Shown here: positions 15,168-29,186 of the stretch, one piece after another
Position numbering within the stretch: position 1 is the stretch's first letter
Layout of the letters: every line of letters starts with the position of its first letter
From: Dromaius novaehollandiae
Taxonomy: Eukaryota
Length of the DNA: 64,000 nucleotides
Direction: 5' to 3'
Assembly (NCBI RefSeq): GCF_036370855.1
Contig: NC_088135.1
Location: 1 to 64,000 of the forward strand
The notes under the pieces: model-generated
What the model was told of the DNA's origin: nothing
Databases searched by the model: none
Seen by the model: the letters and a program-made list of their open reading frames with translations, nothing else
Translations under genes and position numbers: made by a program

Positions 15168-18100
15168 TAGCAACCCATAGGGCCCCATAGGGCCCCATAG
15201 ATCCACCCTGCCCCATAGCGACCCATAGCGACCCATAGGGACCCATAGAGACCCATAGAGACCCATAGGGACCCATAGATCCCCCTGCCCCATAGCGACC
15301 CATAGCGACCCATAGGGACCCATAGAGACCCATAGAGACCCATAGGGACCCATAGATCCCCCTGCCCCATAGCGACCCATAGCGACCCATAGCAACCCAT
15401 AGCGACCCATAGGGCCCCATAGATCCACCCTGCCCCATAGCGACCCATAGCGACCCATAGGGACCCATAGGGACCCATAGATCCCCCTGTCCCATAGCGA
15501 CCCATAGGGACCCATAGACCCCCATAGGGTCCTATAGGGCCCCATAGATCCCCCCTGCCCCATGGGGACCCATAGCGACCCATAGGGACCCATAGATCCC
15601 CCCTGCCCCATAGCGACCCATAGGGACCCATAGGGACCCATAGATCCCCCTGCTCCATAGTGACCCATAGTGACCCATAGAGACCCATAGATCCCCCTGC
15701 CCCATAGCGACCCATAGCAACCCATAGGGACCCATAGGGCCCCATAGATCCCCCCTGCCCCATAGCGACCCATAGGGACCCATAGGGACCCATAGATCCC
15801 CCTGCCCCATAGCGACCCATAGCGACCCATAGCGACCCATAGGGCCCCATAGACCCACCCTGCCCCATAGCGACCCATAGCGACCCATAGCGACCCATAG
15901 GGACCCATAGGGAACCATAGATCCCCCTGCCCCATGGCGACCCATAGGGACCCATAGACCCCCATAGGGTCCTATAGGGACCCATAGATCCCCCTGCCCC
16001 ATAGCGACCCATAGCGACCCATAGGGACCCATAGCGACCCATAGGGACCCATAGATCCCCCTGCCCCATGGCGACCCATAGGGACCCATAGACCCCCATA
16101 GGGTCCTATAGGGCCCCATAGATCCACCCTGCCCCATAGGGACCCATAGCGACCCATAGGGACCCATAGGGACCCATAGATCCCCCTGCCCCATAGCGAC
16201 CCATAGCGACCCATAGGGACCCATAGGGCCCCATAGATCCACCCTGCCCCATAGCGACCCATAGCGACCCATAGGGACCCATAGAGACCCATAGAGACCC
16301 ATAGGGACCCATAGATCCCCCTGTCCCATAGCGACCCATAGCGACCCATAGGGACCCATAGAGACCCATAGAGACCCATAGGGACCCATAGATCCCCCTG
16401 CCCCATAGCGACCCATAGCGACCCATAGCAACCCATAGCGACCCATAGGGCCCCATAGATCCACCCTGCCCCATAGCGACCCATAGCGACCCATAGGGAC
16501 CCATAGGGACCCATAGATCCCCCTGTCCCATAGCGACCCATAGGGACCCATAGACCCCCATAGGGTCCTATAGGGCCCCATAGATCCCCCCTGCCCCATG
16601 GGGACCCATAGCGACCCATAGGGACCCATAGATCCCCCCTGCCCCATAGCGACCCATAGGGACCCATAGGGACCCATAGATCCCCCTGCTCCATAGTGAC
16701 CCATAGTGACCCATAGAGACCCATAGATCCCCCTGCCCCATAGCGACCCATAGCAACCCATAGGGACCCATAGGGCCCCATAGATCCACCCTGCCCCATA
16801 GCGACCCATAGGGACCCATAGGGACCCATAGATCCCCCTGCCCCATAGCGACCCATAGCGACCCATAGGGACCCATAGGGCCCCATAGACCCACCCTGCC
16901 CCATAGCGACCCATAGCGACCCATAGCGACCCATAGGGACCCATAGGGAACCATAGATCCCCCTGCCCCATGGCGACCCATAGGGACCCATAGACCCCCA
17001 TAGGGTCCTATAGGGACCCATAGATCCCCCTGCCCCATAGCGACCCATAGCGACCCATAGGGACCCATAGCGACCCATAGGGACCCATAGATCCCCCTGC
17101 CCCATGGCGACCCATAGGGACCCATAGACCCCCATAGGGTCCTATAGGGCCCCATAGATCCACCCTGCCCCATAGGGACCCATAGCGACCCATAGGGACC
17201 CATAGGGACCCATAGATCCCCCTGCCCCATAGCGACCCATAGCGACCCATAGGGACCCATAGGGCCCCATAGATCCACCCTGCCCCATAGCGACCCATAG
17301 CGACCCATAGGGACCCATAGAGACCCATAGAGACCCATAGGGACCCATAGATCCCCCTGTCCCATAGCGACCCATAGGGACCCATAGACCCCCATAGGGT
17401 CCTATAGGGCCCCATAGATCCCCCCTGCCCCATGGGGACCCATAGCGACCCATAGGGACCCATAGATCCACCCCTGCCCCATAGCGACCCATAGGGACCC
17501 ATAGGGACCCATAGATCCCCCTGCCCCATAGCGACCCATAGGGACCCATAGACCCCCATAGGGTCCTATAGGGCCCCATAGATCCACCCTGCCCCATAGG
17601 GACCCATAGGGAACCCTCTGCCCCATAGCGACCCATAGGGGCCCATAGATCCCTATAGGGCCCCATAGGGCCCCATAGGGAGCCCCCAGCCCCATGGGGA
17701 CCCATAGGGACCCATAGGGAGCCATAGGGACCCCCCTGCCCCATAGGGACCCATAGAGACCCATAGGAACCCCCCCGGCCCCATAGGGACCCATAGGAAC
17801 CCCCCTTCCCCATAGGGCCCCATAGGGATCCATAGGGCCCTCCCAGCCCCATAGGACCCCCCCTGCCCCATAGGATCCCCTCAGCCCCATAGGGCCCCCC
17901 CAGCCCCATGGGGACCCATAGGGACCCCCCTTCCCCATAGGGCCCCATAGGGATCCATAGGGCCCTCCCAGCCCCATAGGACCCCCCCTGCCCCATAGGA
18001 TCCCCTCTGCCCCATAGGATTCCCCCTGCCCCATAGGATCCCCTCTGCCCCATAGGGCCCCCCCAGCCCCATGGGGACCCATAGGAACCCCCCTTCCCCA

Positions 18101-19410
18101 TAGGGCCCCATAGGGATCCATAGGGCCCTCCCAGCCCCATAGGACCCCCCTGCCCCATAGAGACCCATAGGACCCCCCCCGGCCCCATAGGGACCCATAG
18201 GAACCCCCCTTCCCCATAGGGCCCCATAGGGCTCCATAGGGCCCTCCCAGCCCCATAGGACCCCCCCGCCCCATAGGATCCCCTCTGCCCCATAGGATCC
18301 CCTCAGCCCCATAGGGCCCCCCCAGCCCCATGGGGACCCATAGGGACCCCCCTTCCCCATAGGGCCCCATAGGGATCCATAGGGCCCTCCCAGCCCCATA
18401 GGACCCCCCCTGCCCCATAGGATCCCCTCTGCCCCATAGGGCCCCCCCAGCCCCATGGGGACCCATACGGACCCCCCTTCCCCATAGGGCCCCATAGGGA
18501 TCCATAGGGCCCTCCCTGCCCCATAGGACCCCCCCTGCCCCATAGAGACCCATAGGACCGCCCCCGGCCCCATAGGGACCCATAGGAACCCCCCTTCCCC
18601 ATAGGGCCCCATAGGGATCCATAGGGCCCTCCCTGCCCCATAGGGACCCCTCTGCCCCATAGGATCCCCTCTGCCCCATAGGATCCCCTCTGCCCCATAG
18701 GACCCCCCCAGCCCCATGGGGACCCATAGGGACCCCCCTTCCCCATAGGGCCCCATAGGGCTCCATAGGGCCCTCCCAGCCCCATAGGACCCCCTCTGCC
18801 CCATAGAGACCCATAGGAACCCCCCAGCCCCATAGGGACCCATAGGGACCCCCCTTCCCCATAGGGACCCATAGGGATCCATAGCGTCCCCCCAGCCCCA
18901 TAGGATCCCCCCTGCCCCATATGACCCCCCCTGCCCCATAGGATCCCCCCTGCCCCATAGGATCACCTCAGCCCCATAGGGCCCCCCCAGCCCCATAGGG
19001 ACCCATAGGAACCCCCCTTCCCCATAGGGCCCCATAGGGATCCATAGGGCCCTCCCAGCCCCACAGGACCCCCCCTGCCCCATAGGATCCCCTCAGCCCC
19101 ATAGGGCCCCCCCAGCCCCATAGGGACCCATAGAGACCCCCCTTCCCCATAGGGCCCCATAGGGATCCATAGGGCCCTCCCAGCCCCATAGGACCCCCCC
19201 TGCCCCATAGGACCCCCCCTGCCCCATAGGGCCCCCCCAGCCCCATAGGGACCCATAGGGACCCCCCTTCCCCATAGGGCCCCATAGGGCTCCATAGGGC
19301 CCCCCCAGCCCCATAGCGCCCCCCCTGCCCCATAGCGCCCCCCCTGCCCCATAGCGCCCCCCCAGCCCCATAGCGACCCCCCAGCCCCATAGCGCCCCCC
19401 GGCGTCTCAC

Positions 19411-19533
19411 CAGCAGCTCGCCGGCCCAGGCCACGGCGCTCAGCCAATCGCGGTGGGCGTGGGGCCAGCGGCGGAGGGGCTGCCCCACGGCGCCGCCCCC
19501 CGGCCCCACGGCCACGGGCCACACGGCCAGCGC
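19411..19533 (-). CDS. Exon 31 (123 nt), WD40-like: ALAVWPVAVGPGGGAVGQPLRRWPHAHRDWLSAVAWAGELL.
   Basis: Donor CTG|GTGAGACGCC. Acceptor ggggcag is weak and the exact start is uncertain. Phase 0/0. Confidence 0.4.
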
Positions 19534-22500
19534 CTGCCCCACGGCGCCGTCAGCCCCACGGCGTGGCCCACGCAGACCCCCGGCCCCATAGAAACCCCCC
19601 TGCCCCATGGGAACCCCCCTGCCCCATAGCGGCCCCCCAGCCCCATAGCGGCCCCCCAGCCCCATAGCGACTCCCTCAGCCCCATAGTGGCCCCCCAGCC
19701 CCATAGCAGCCCCATAGAGGCCCCCCCGGCCCCATAGCGATCTCTGAGCCCCATAGCGGCCCCCCAGCCCCATAGCGACTCCCTCAGCCCCACAGTGGCC
19801 CCCCCGGCCCCATAGCGATCTCTGAGCCCCATAGCGGACCCCCAGCCCCATAGAAAACCCCCTGCCCCATAGCGGCCCCCCAGCCCCATAGCGACCCCCC
19901 AGCCCCATAGCAGCCCCCCAGCCCCATAGCAGCCCCATAGCTACCCCCCAGCCCCATAGCAGCCCCCCAACCCCACGGCGACCCCCCAGCCCCATAGCAG
20001 CCCCATAGCGACCTCCCAGCCCCATAGCAGCCCCCCAGCCCCACAGCAGCCCCCCAGCCCCACGGCGACCCCCCAGCCCCATAGCAGCCCCATAGCGACC
20101 TCCCAGCCCCATAGCGGCCCCCCAGCCCCATAGCAGCCCCATAGCGACCCCCCAGCCCCATAGCAGCCCCCCAGCCCCATAGCAGCCCCATAGCAGCCCC
20201 ACAGCCCCACAGCAACCCCCCAGCCCCATAGCGACCCCCCAGCCCCATAGCAGCCCCCCAGCCCCATAGCGACCCCCCAGCCCCATAGCAGCCCCATAGC
20301 GACCTCCCAGCCCCATAGCAGCCCCCCAGCCCCATAGCAGCCCCTCAGCCCCACAGCGACCCCCCAGCCCCATAGCAGCCCCATAGCGACCCCTCAGCCC
20401 CATAGTGACCCCCCAGCCCCATAGCAGCCCCATAGCGACCCCCCCGCCCCATAGCAGCCCCCCAGCCCCATAGCAGCCCCCCCGCCCCATAGAGAGCCCC
20501 CAGCCCCATAGCAGACCCCAGCCCCATAGCAACCCCCCAGCCCCATAGCAGCCCCATAGCAGCCCCCCCAGCCCTATAGCAACCCCCGAGCCCCATAGCA
20601 ACCCCCCCGCCCCATTGCAACCCCCCAGCCCCATAGCAGCCCCCCAACCCCATAGCAGTCCCCCAGCCCCATAGCGACCCCCCCGCCCCATAGCGACCCC
20701 CCCGACCCATAGCGGCCCCCCCAGCCCCATAGCGGCCCCCCAGCCCCATAGCAGCCCCCCAGCCCATAGAAACCCCCCCGCCCCATAGCAGCCCCCCCAG
20801 CCCCATGGCGACCCCCCAGCCCCATAGCAGCCCCATAGCGACCCCCCAGCCCCATAGTGACCCCCAGCCCAATACCGACCCCCCAGCCCCATAGCAGCCC
20901 CCCAGCCCCATAGCAACCCCCCAGCCCCATAGCAGCCCCCCAGCCCCATAGCAGCCCCATAGCAGCCCCCCCGCCCCATAGCAGCCCCATAGCGACCCCC
21001 CAGCCCCCCAGCAGCCCCCCAGCCCCATAGCAGCACCATAGCAGCCCCCCAGCCCCATAGCAGCCCCCCAGCCCCATAGCAACCCCCCAGCCCCATAGCA
21101 GCCCCCCAGCCCCATAGCAACCCCCCGCCCCATAGCGGCCCCCCAGCCCCATAGCAACCCCCCAGCCCCATAGCAGCCCTCCCAGCCCCATAGCAACCCC
21201 CCAGCCCCATAGCAGCCCCCAGCCCCATAGCGACCCCCAGCCCCATAGCAGCCCCATAGCAGCCCCCCAGCCCCATAGCAGCCCCCCCGCCCCATAGCAG
21301 CCCCCCCAGCCCCATAGCAACCCCCCAGCCCCATAGCAGCCCACCCACCCCATAGCAACCCCCCAGCCCCCCAGCGGCCCCCCAGCCCCATAGCAACCCC
21401 CCAGCCCCATAGCAACCCCCTAGGCCCATAGCAGCCCCCCAGCCCCACGGCGACCCCCCCGCCCCATAGCGGCCCCCCAGCCCCATAGCAGCCCCCCCAG
21501 CCCCATAGCAGCCCCCCAGCCCATAGAAACTCCCCCGCCCCATAGCAGCCCCCCCAGCCCCATAGCAGCCCCCCAGCCCCATAGCGACCCCCAGCCCCAT
21601 AGCAGCCCTCCCAGCCCCATAGCGACCCCCCCACCCCATAGCAGCCCCCCAGCCCCATAGCAGCCCCATAGCGACCCCCAGCCCCATAGCAACCCCCCAG
21701 CCCCATAGCAGCCCCCCCGCCCCATAGCGGCCCCCCAGCCCCATAGCAGCCCCCAGCCCCATAGCAGCCCCCCAGCCCCATAGCAGCCCCCCCAGCCCCA
21801 TAGCGACCCCCCCGCCCCATAGCGACCCCCCAGCCCCATAGCAGCCCCCAGCCCCATAGCGACCCCCCAGCCCCATAGCAGCCCCCCAGCCCCATAGCAG
21901 CCCCATAGCAGCCCCCCCGCCCCATAGCAGCCCCCCCAGCCCCATAGCGGCCCCCCGCCCCATAGCGACGCCCCCAGCCCCATAGCAGCCCCCCAGCCCC
22001 ATAGCAGCCCCCCCGCCCCATAGCGACCCCCCAGCCCCATAGCAGCCCCCAGCCCCATAGCAGCCCCCCAGCCCCATAGAAACCCCCCCGCCCCATAGCA
22101 GCCCCCCAGCCCCATAGCAGCCCCCCAGCCCCCCAGCGGCCCCCAGCCCCATAGCAACCCCCCAGCCCCATAGCAGCCCCATAGCGACCCCCCAGCCCCC
22201 CAGCAGCCCCCCAGCCCCATAGCAGCCCCATAGCGACCCCCCAGCCCCATAGCAGCCCTCCCAGCCCCATAGCAGCCCCCCAGCCCCATAGCGACCCCCC
22301 AGCCCCATAGCAGCCCCACAGCAACCCCCCAGCCCCATAGCAGCCCCCCAGCCCCACGGCGACCCCCCAGCCCCATAGCGACCCCCCCGCCCCATAGCGA
22401 CCCCCCAGCCCCATAGCGACTCCCTCAGCCCCATAGTGGTCTCTTAGCCCCATAGCAACCCCTCTACCCCATAGCAGCCCCCCAGCCCCATAGCAGCCCC

Positions 22501-22956
22501 CCAGCCCCATAGCGACCCCCCAGCCCCATAGCAGCCCCCAGCCCCATAGCAGCCCCCCAGCCCCACAGCAACCCCCCAGCCCCATAGCAGCCCCCCAGCC
22601 CCATAGCAGCCCCCAGCCCCATAGCAACCCCCCAGCCCCATAGCAGCCCTCCCAGCCCCATAGCAACCCCCCAGCCCCATAGCAGCCCCCCCGCCCCATA
22701 GCGGCCCCCAGCCCCATAGCAGCCCCCAGCCCCATAGTAACCCCCAGCCCCATAGCAGCCCCATAGCGACCCCTCAGCCCCATAGCGACCCCCCAGCCCC
22801 ATAGCAGCCCCCCAGCCCCATAGCAGCCCCATAGCGGCCCCCCAGCCCCATAGCAGCCCCCCAGCCCCATAGCAGCCCCATAGCGACCCCCCAGCCCCAT
22901 AGCAGCCCCATAGCGGCCCCCCAGCCCCACGGCGCGCCCCACGGCGGCCCCCTCAC

Positions 22957-23135
22957 CCGGTCGCGCCCCCCGGTGGCCAGGCGCCGGCCGTCGGGGCTGA
23001 GGGCCAGGCAGGCCGTGGGGCCGGCGTGGGGCCGGAGGAGGCGGGCGGCGGGCGGCCCCTGCCCCACGGCGGCTCCCGGCAAGGGGGGCGGAGCCATCAG
23101 GGCCGCCGCGGGCCACAGCCCCACGCAGCCGTCCT
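22957..23135 (-). CDS. Exon 30 (179 nt), WD40: (E)DGCVGLWPAAALMAPPPLPGAAVGQGPPAARLLRPHAGPTACLALSPDGRRLATGGRDR.
   Basis: Classic WD40 (H.G...CLA.SPDGRRLATGGRD). Acceptor cccgctgccccacag. Donor CGG|GTGAGGGGG. Confidence 0.65.
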
Positions 23136-25958
23136 CTGTGGGGCAGCGGGCCTCAGCGACCCATAGCGACCCACGGAGACCCATAGAGACCCATAGAGAC
23201 CTCTCCCTGCCCCATAGCGACCCATAGAGACCCCATAGAGACCCATAGGGACCCCTTCCTGCCCCATAGAGACCCATAGTGACCCATAGGGACCACTTGC
23301 TGCCCCATAGCGACCCATAGAGACCCCATAGAGACCCATAGGGAGCTCTCCCTGCCCCATAGAGACCCATAGAGACCCCACAGAGACCCATAGGGACCCC
23401 TTCCTGCCCCATAGAGACCCATAGAAACCCCAGAGAGACCCATAGGGAGCTCTCCCTGCCCCATAGTGACCCATAGAGACCCCATAGAGACCCACAGAGA
23501 CCTCTCCCTGCCCCATAAACACCCATAGAGACCCCAGAGAGACCCATAGGGACCCCTTCCTGCCCCATAGCGACCCATAGAGACCCCACAGAGACCCATA
23601 GGGACCCCTCCCTGCCCCATAGAGACCCATAGAGACCCCACAGAGACCCATAGGGACCCCTTCCTGCCCCATAGCGACCCATAGAGACCCATAGAGACCC
23701 ATAGAGACCTCTCCCTGCCCCATAAAGACCCATAGAGACCCCACAGAGACCCATAGGGACCCCTTCCTGCCCCATAGCGACCCATAGAGACCCCACAGAG
23801 ACCCATAGGGACCCCTTGCTGCCCCATAGCGACCCATAGAGACCCCAGAGAGACCCATAGAGACCTCTCCCTGCCCCATAGCGACCCATAGAGACCCCAT
23901 AGAGACCCATAGAGACCTCTCCCTGCCCCATAGAGACCCATAGAGACCCCAGAGAGACCCATAGAGACCTCTCCCTGCCCCATAGCGACCCATAGAGACC
24001 CCACAGAGACCCATAGGGACCCCTTCCTGCCCCATAGAGACCCCACAGAGACCCATAGGGACCCCTCCCTGCCCCATAGCGACCCATAGAGACCACACAG
24101 AGACCCATAGAGACCTCTCCCTGCCCCATAGACACCCATAGAGACCCCAGAGAGACCCATAGGGACCCCTTGCTGCCCCATAGAGACCCAGAGAGACCCC
24201 AGAGAGACCCAGAGAGACCCCTTCCTGCCCCATAGCGACCCATAGTGACCCATAGGGACCCCTTCCTGCCCCATAGCGACCCACGGAGACCCCAGAGAGA
24301 CCCATAGGGACCCCTCCCTGCCCCATAGTGACCCATAGAGACCCCAGAGAGACCCATAGGGACCTCTCCCTGCCCCATAGCGACCCATAGAGGCCCCAGA
24401 GAGACCCATAGGGACCCCTTCCTGCCCCATAGCGACCCATAGAGACCCCAGAGAGACCCATAGCACCCCATAGGTGCCCCATAGCACCCCATAGATCCCC
24501 CATAGATCTCTCATAGCACCCTATAGACCACCATAACACCCCAGAGATGCCCTATAGATGCCCCATAGACCCCCAACAGCACCCCATAGGCCACCATAAC
24601 ACCCCATAGATGCCCCAGAGCACCCCATAGCGCCCCATAGACCCCCATTACACCCCATAACACCCCATAGATGCCCCATAGACCCTGATAGCACCCCACA
24701 GACCCCCATAACACCCCATAGATGCCCCACAGCCCCCCATAGCACCCCATAGACCCCCCATAGCACCCCATAGCACCCCATAGCGCCCCATAACACCCCA
24801 AAGCATCCCATAGACCCCCCAATCACCCCATAACACCCCATAGATGCCCCATAGCACCCCACAGACCCCCATAGAGCCCCATAGCACCCCATAGACACCC
24901 CATAGACCCCCACAGACCCCCATAGCACCCCATAGACCCCCATAGACCCCCATAACACCCCAAAGCATCCCATAGACCCCCCAATCACCCCATAACACCC
25001 CATAGATGCCCCATAGCACCCCACAGACCCCCATAGAGCCCCATAGCACCCCATAGACACCCCATAGACCCCCACAGACCCCCATAGCACCCCATAGACC
25101 CCCATAGCACCCCCATAGCAGCCCATAGCGCCCCATAGACCCCCCATAGCACCCCATAGCACCCCATAGACCCCCATAGCACCCCATAGACTCCCCATAG
25201 CACCCAACAGCACCCCATAACACCTCACAGACCCCCCATAGCACCCCATAGAGCCCCATAGCACCCCACAGACCCCCATAGCACCCCATAGACTCCCCAT
25301 AGCACCCAACAGCACCCCATAACACCTCACAGACCCCCCATAGCACCCCATAGACCCCTCATAGCACCCCATAGACCCCCATAGCACCCAATAGCACCCC
25401 ATAGCACCCCCATAGCACCCCATAGACTCCCCATAGCACCCAATAGCACCCCATAACACCTCACAGACCCCCCATAGCACCCCATAGCGCCCCATAGACC
25501 CCCCATAGACCCGCATAGCACCCCATAGACCCCCATAGCACCCAATAGCACCCCATAGCACCCCATAGAACCCCATAGCACCCCCATAGCACCCCCATAG
25601 CACCCCATAGACTCCCCATAGCACCCCATAGCACCCCATAGCACCCCATAGACCACCATAGCACCCCATAGACTCCCCATAGCACCCCATAGACCCCCAT
25701 AGCACCCCATAGACCCCCCATAGCACCCAATAGCACCCCATAGCACCCCATAGCACCCCAGAGACCCCCATAGCGCCCCATAGACTCCCCATAGCACCCC
25801 ATAGACCCCCATAGCGCCCCATAGACCCCCCATAGCACCCAATAACACCCCATAGCACCCCATAGACCCCATAGCACCCCATAGAGCCCCATAGCACCCC
25901 ATAGACCCCCCCAGCACCCCATAACACCCCATAGCACCCCCCCCGCCCCCCCCCTTAC

Positions 25959-26177
25959 CGGTGGCGGCCACCAAGGTGCGGGGGTCCCCGGCCAGGGCCC
26001 CCAGGGCCCCCCCGCAGGGGGGCAGCACCCACAGGAGCCGGGGGGCGGCACCGGGGGGGGGCGGCAGGGCCCAGCCCCACACCCGGCCCCCCGGCCCCCC
26101 CCCCGCCAGCACCCGGGGGCCCAGCCAGGCCAAGCAGCTCACGGGCGCCCCGGCCCCACAGCGCCACGGCGGCCGCC
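25959..26177 (-). CDS. Exon 29 (219 nt), WD40: (G)RPPWRCGAGAPVSCLAWLGPRVLAGGGPGGRVWGWALPPPPGAAPRLLWVLPPCGGALGALAGDPRTLVAAT(E).
   Basis: Acceptor gggcccctctcccgcag. Donor CG|GTAAGGGGG. Confidence 0.6.
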
Positions 26178-26940
26178 CTGCGGGAGAGGGGCCCAGGCGT
26201 CCGGGAGGGGCCCAGGCATCCGGGAAAAGGGCCCAGGTGTCCGGGAAAGGGGCCCAGGCGTCCGGGGAAGGGGCCCAGGAGTCCGGGAGGGGCCCAGGCG
26301 TCCGGGAAAGGGGCCCAGGCGTCCGGGAAAAGGGGCCCAGGCGTCCGGGAGGGGCCCAGGTGTCCGGGAAAGGGGCCCAGGCGTCCGGGAAAAGGGCCCA
26401 GGTGTCCGGGAAAGGGGCCCAGGCGTCCGGGAAAGGGGCCCAGGTGTCCGGGAAAGGGGCCCAGGCGTCCAGGAGGGGCCCAGGCATCCGGGAAAGGGGC
26501 CCAGGCGTCCGGGAAAAGGGCCCAGGCGTCCGGGGAAGGGGCCCAGGCGTCCGGGAAAGGGGCCCAGGTGTCCGGGAAAGGGGCCCAGGCGTCCGGGAAA
26601 GGGGCCCAGGGGTCCGGGTGAGGGGCCCAGGCATCCAGGAAAGGGCCCAGGCGTCCGGGAAAGGGCCCAGGCGTCCGGGAGAAGGGGCCCAGGCGTCCGG
26701 GAGGGGCCCAGGCGTCCGGGAAAGGGCCCAGGCATCCGGGAAAAGGGCCCAGGTGTCCGGAAAAGGGGCCCAGGTGTCCGGAAAAGAGACCCAGGAGTCC
26801 GGGAGGGGCCCAGGCGTCCGGGAAAGGGGCCCAGGTGTCCGGGAGGGGCCCAGGTGTCCGGGAGAGGGGCCCAGGAGTCCGGGGAGGGGCCCAGGTCTCC
26901 GGGGAAGGGGCCCAGGCGTCCGGGGGGGGGGATGACTCAC

Positions 26941-27109
26941 CCCAGGGCGCCCGGTGCACCCACACGTCGCCCCCCCGGTGCCCCACGGCCAGGCGGGTGC
27001 CGGTGGGGTCAAAGGTCACGCAGAGGGCGGGGTCGTCGCCGGGGTCGTTGCCGGGGGGGGGCCGCAAGGTCGCCCGCACCCGCCCCAGGGCCGCCGGCCA
27101 CAGCAGCAC
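26941..27109 (-). CDS. Exon 28 (169 nt), WD40: VLLWPAALGRVRATLRPPPGNDPGDDPALCVTFDPTGTRLAVGHRGGDVWVHRAPW(G).
   Basis: Acceptor ggcccccccgggtgccccccag. Donor G|GTGAGTCATCC. Confidence 0.6.
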
Positions 27110-27149
27110 CTGGGGGGCACCCGGGGGGGCCATGAGCACCCAATACCCC

Positions 27150-28930
27150 CCCGATACCCCCTCTGGGCGCCCCGGAACCCCCCCAGGGACACCGAAAAAC
27201 GCCTAATTCACCCCAAAACCCCCCCGTACGGCACCCCCGTGAGCAGCCCTGGGGATGCACTGGGGGTCATGGGGCACCCAAGGGTGCCCAGCACCCATCG
27301 CCCCCCCCAAAACCCCCCCAACCCCCCCAGGGACCTCGATACCCCCCCAGGGACCCCAAAAACACCCAAATTCACCCCAAAACCCCCCCGTACAGCACCC
27401 CCGTGAGCAGCCCTGGGGTCACACCGGGTGCCATGGGGCACCCAAGGGTGCCCAGCACCCATCGCCCCCCCACCCAACCCCCCCAAATCCCCCCAAAACC
27501 CCCCAGGGACCCCAAAAAAGCCATAATTCACCCCAAAACCCCCCCGTACAGGACCCCTAAGGCGAGCGTAGAGCAGCCCTGGGGTCTCATCCTGGGGTCA
27601 TGGGGCACCCAAGGGTGCCCAGCACCCATCAGCCCCCCACCCAATTACCCCAATACCCCCCCAAAGCCCCTCAGGGACCCAAAAATGCCATAATTCACCC
27701 CAAAACCCCCCCGTACGGGACCCCCGTGAGCAGCCCTGGGGTCACACTGGGGGTCATGGGGCACCCAAGGGTGCCCAGCACCCATCGCCCCCCCACCCAA
27801 TTACCCCAATACCCCCCCAAAGCCCCTCAGGGACCCAAAAATGCCATAATTCACCCCAAAACCCCCCTGTACGGGACCCCCATGAGCAGTCCTGGGGATG
27901 CACTGGGGGTCATGGGGCACCCAAGGGTGCCCAGCATCCATCGCCCCCCCCCACCCAATTACCCCAATACCCCCCCAAAGCCCCTCAGGGACCCAAAAAA
28001 GCCATAATTCACCCCAAAACCCCCCCGTACGGGACCCCCATGAGCAGTCCTGGGGATGCACTGGGGGTCATGGGGCACCCAAGGGTGCCCAGCACCCATC
28101 GCCCCCCCCAAAAAACCCCCCCAGAGACCCCAAAACACCCCAGGGACCCCAAAAACACCCTAATTCACCCCAAAACCCCCCCGTACGGGACCCCCATGAG
28201 CAGCCCTGGGGTCTCACTGGGGGTCACGGGGCACCCAAGGGTGCCCAGCACCCATCGCCCCCCCCACCCAACCCCCCCAAATCCCCCCCATAACCCCCCC
28301 AGGGACCCAAAAATGCCATAATTCACCCCAAAACCCCCCCGTACGGGACCCCCGTGAGCAGCCCTGGGGTCTCACTGGGGGTCACGGGGCACCCAAGGGT
28401 GCCCAGCACCCATCGCCCCCCCACCCAACCCCCCCAAATCCCCCCCATAACCCCCCCAGGGACCCAAAAAAGCCATAATTCACCCCAAAACCCCCCCGTA
28501 CGGCACCCCCGTGAACAGCCCTGGGGTCACACCGGGTGCCATGGGGCACCCAAGGGTGCCCAGCACCCATCGCCCCCCCCACCCAACCCCTCCAAATCCC
28601 CCCCATAACCCCCCCAGGGACCCAAAAATGCCATAATTCACCCCAAAACCCCCATGTACAGCACCCCTGTGAGCAGCCCTGGGGTTGCAGTGGGGGGTCA
28701 TGGGGCACCCAAGGGTGCCCAGCACCCATCGCCCCCCCACCCAATTACCCCAAACCCCCCCCAAAACCCCCCAGGGACCCCAAAAATGCCATAATTCACC
28801 CCAAAACCCCCATGTACGGGACCCCCATGAGCAGCCCTGGGGTCTCACTGGGGGTCACGGGGCACCCAAGGGTGCCCAGCACCCATCACCCCACCCAACC
28901 CCCCCCAAAATGACCCAAAACCCCCCGATT
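27150..28930. repeat. 157-bp satellite, about 11 copies (core GGGGCACCCAAGGGTGCCCAGCACCCATCGCCCCCC ... CACCCCAAAACCCCCCCGTACGG).
   Basis: GGGCACCCAAGGGTGCCCAGCACC recurs at about 27272, 27430, 27758, 27910, 28070, 28238, 28388, 28545, 28705 and 28862. Confidence 0.85.
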
Positions 28931-28964
28931 TCACCCCAAACCCCCCCCCCCCGCCCACACGCAC

Positions 28965-29186
28965 CTGCCCGTCGCTGCCGGCTCCCACGACGCCCGGGGG
29001 GGCCCAGGCGATCCCGGCGGGGGGGCAGCACCCGGGGGGGCCCAGCACCCCCAGCGGGGCCCCCCCCGGCCAGGCCCAGAGGCGCAGGGCCCCCCCGGCC
29101 TGGGCCCCCAGCACCCGGCACCCGTCGGGGGCGAAGGCGGCCGCCCCGAAGGCCCCCGCCGCCCGGCCCCCGCCCCGCGCCAGCAC
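28965..29186 (-). CDS. Exon 27 (222 nt), WD40: VLARGGGRAAGAFGAAAFAPDGCRVLGAQAGGALRLWAWPGGAPLGVLGPPGCCPPAGIAWAPPGVVGAGSDGQ.
   Basis: Acceptor ccagtgccccccatcgcag. Donor CAG|GTGCGTG. Coordinate agrees with the ORF-track boundary 29186. Confidence 0.6.
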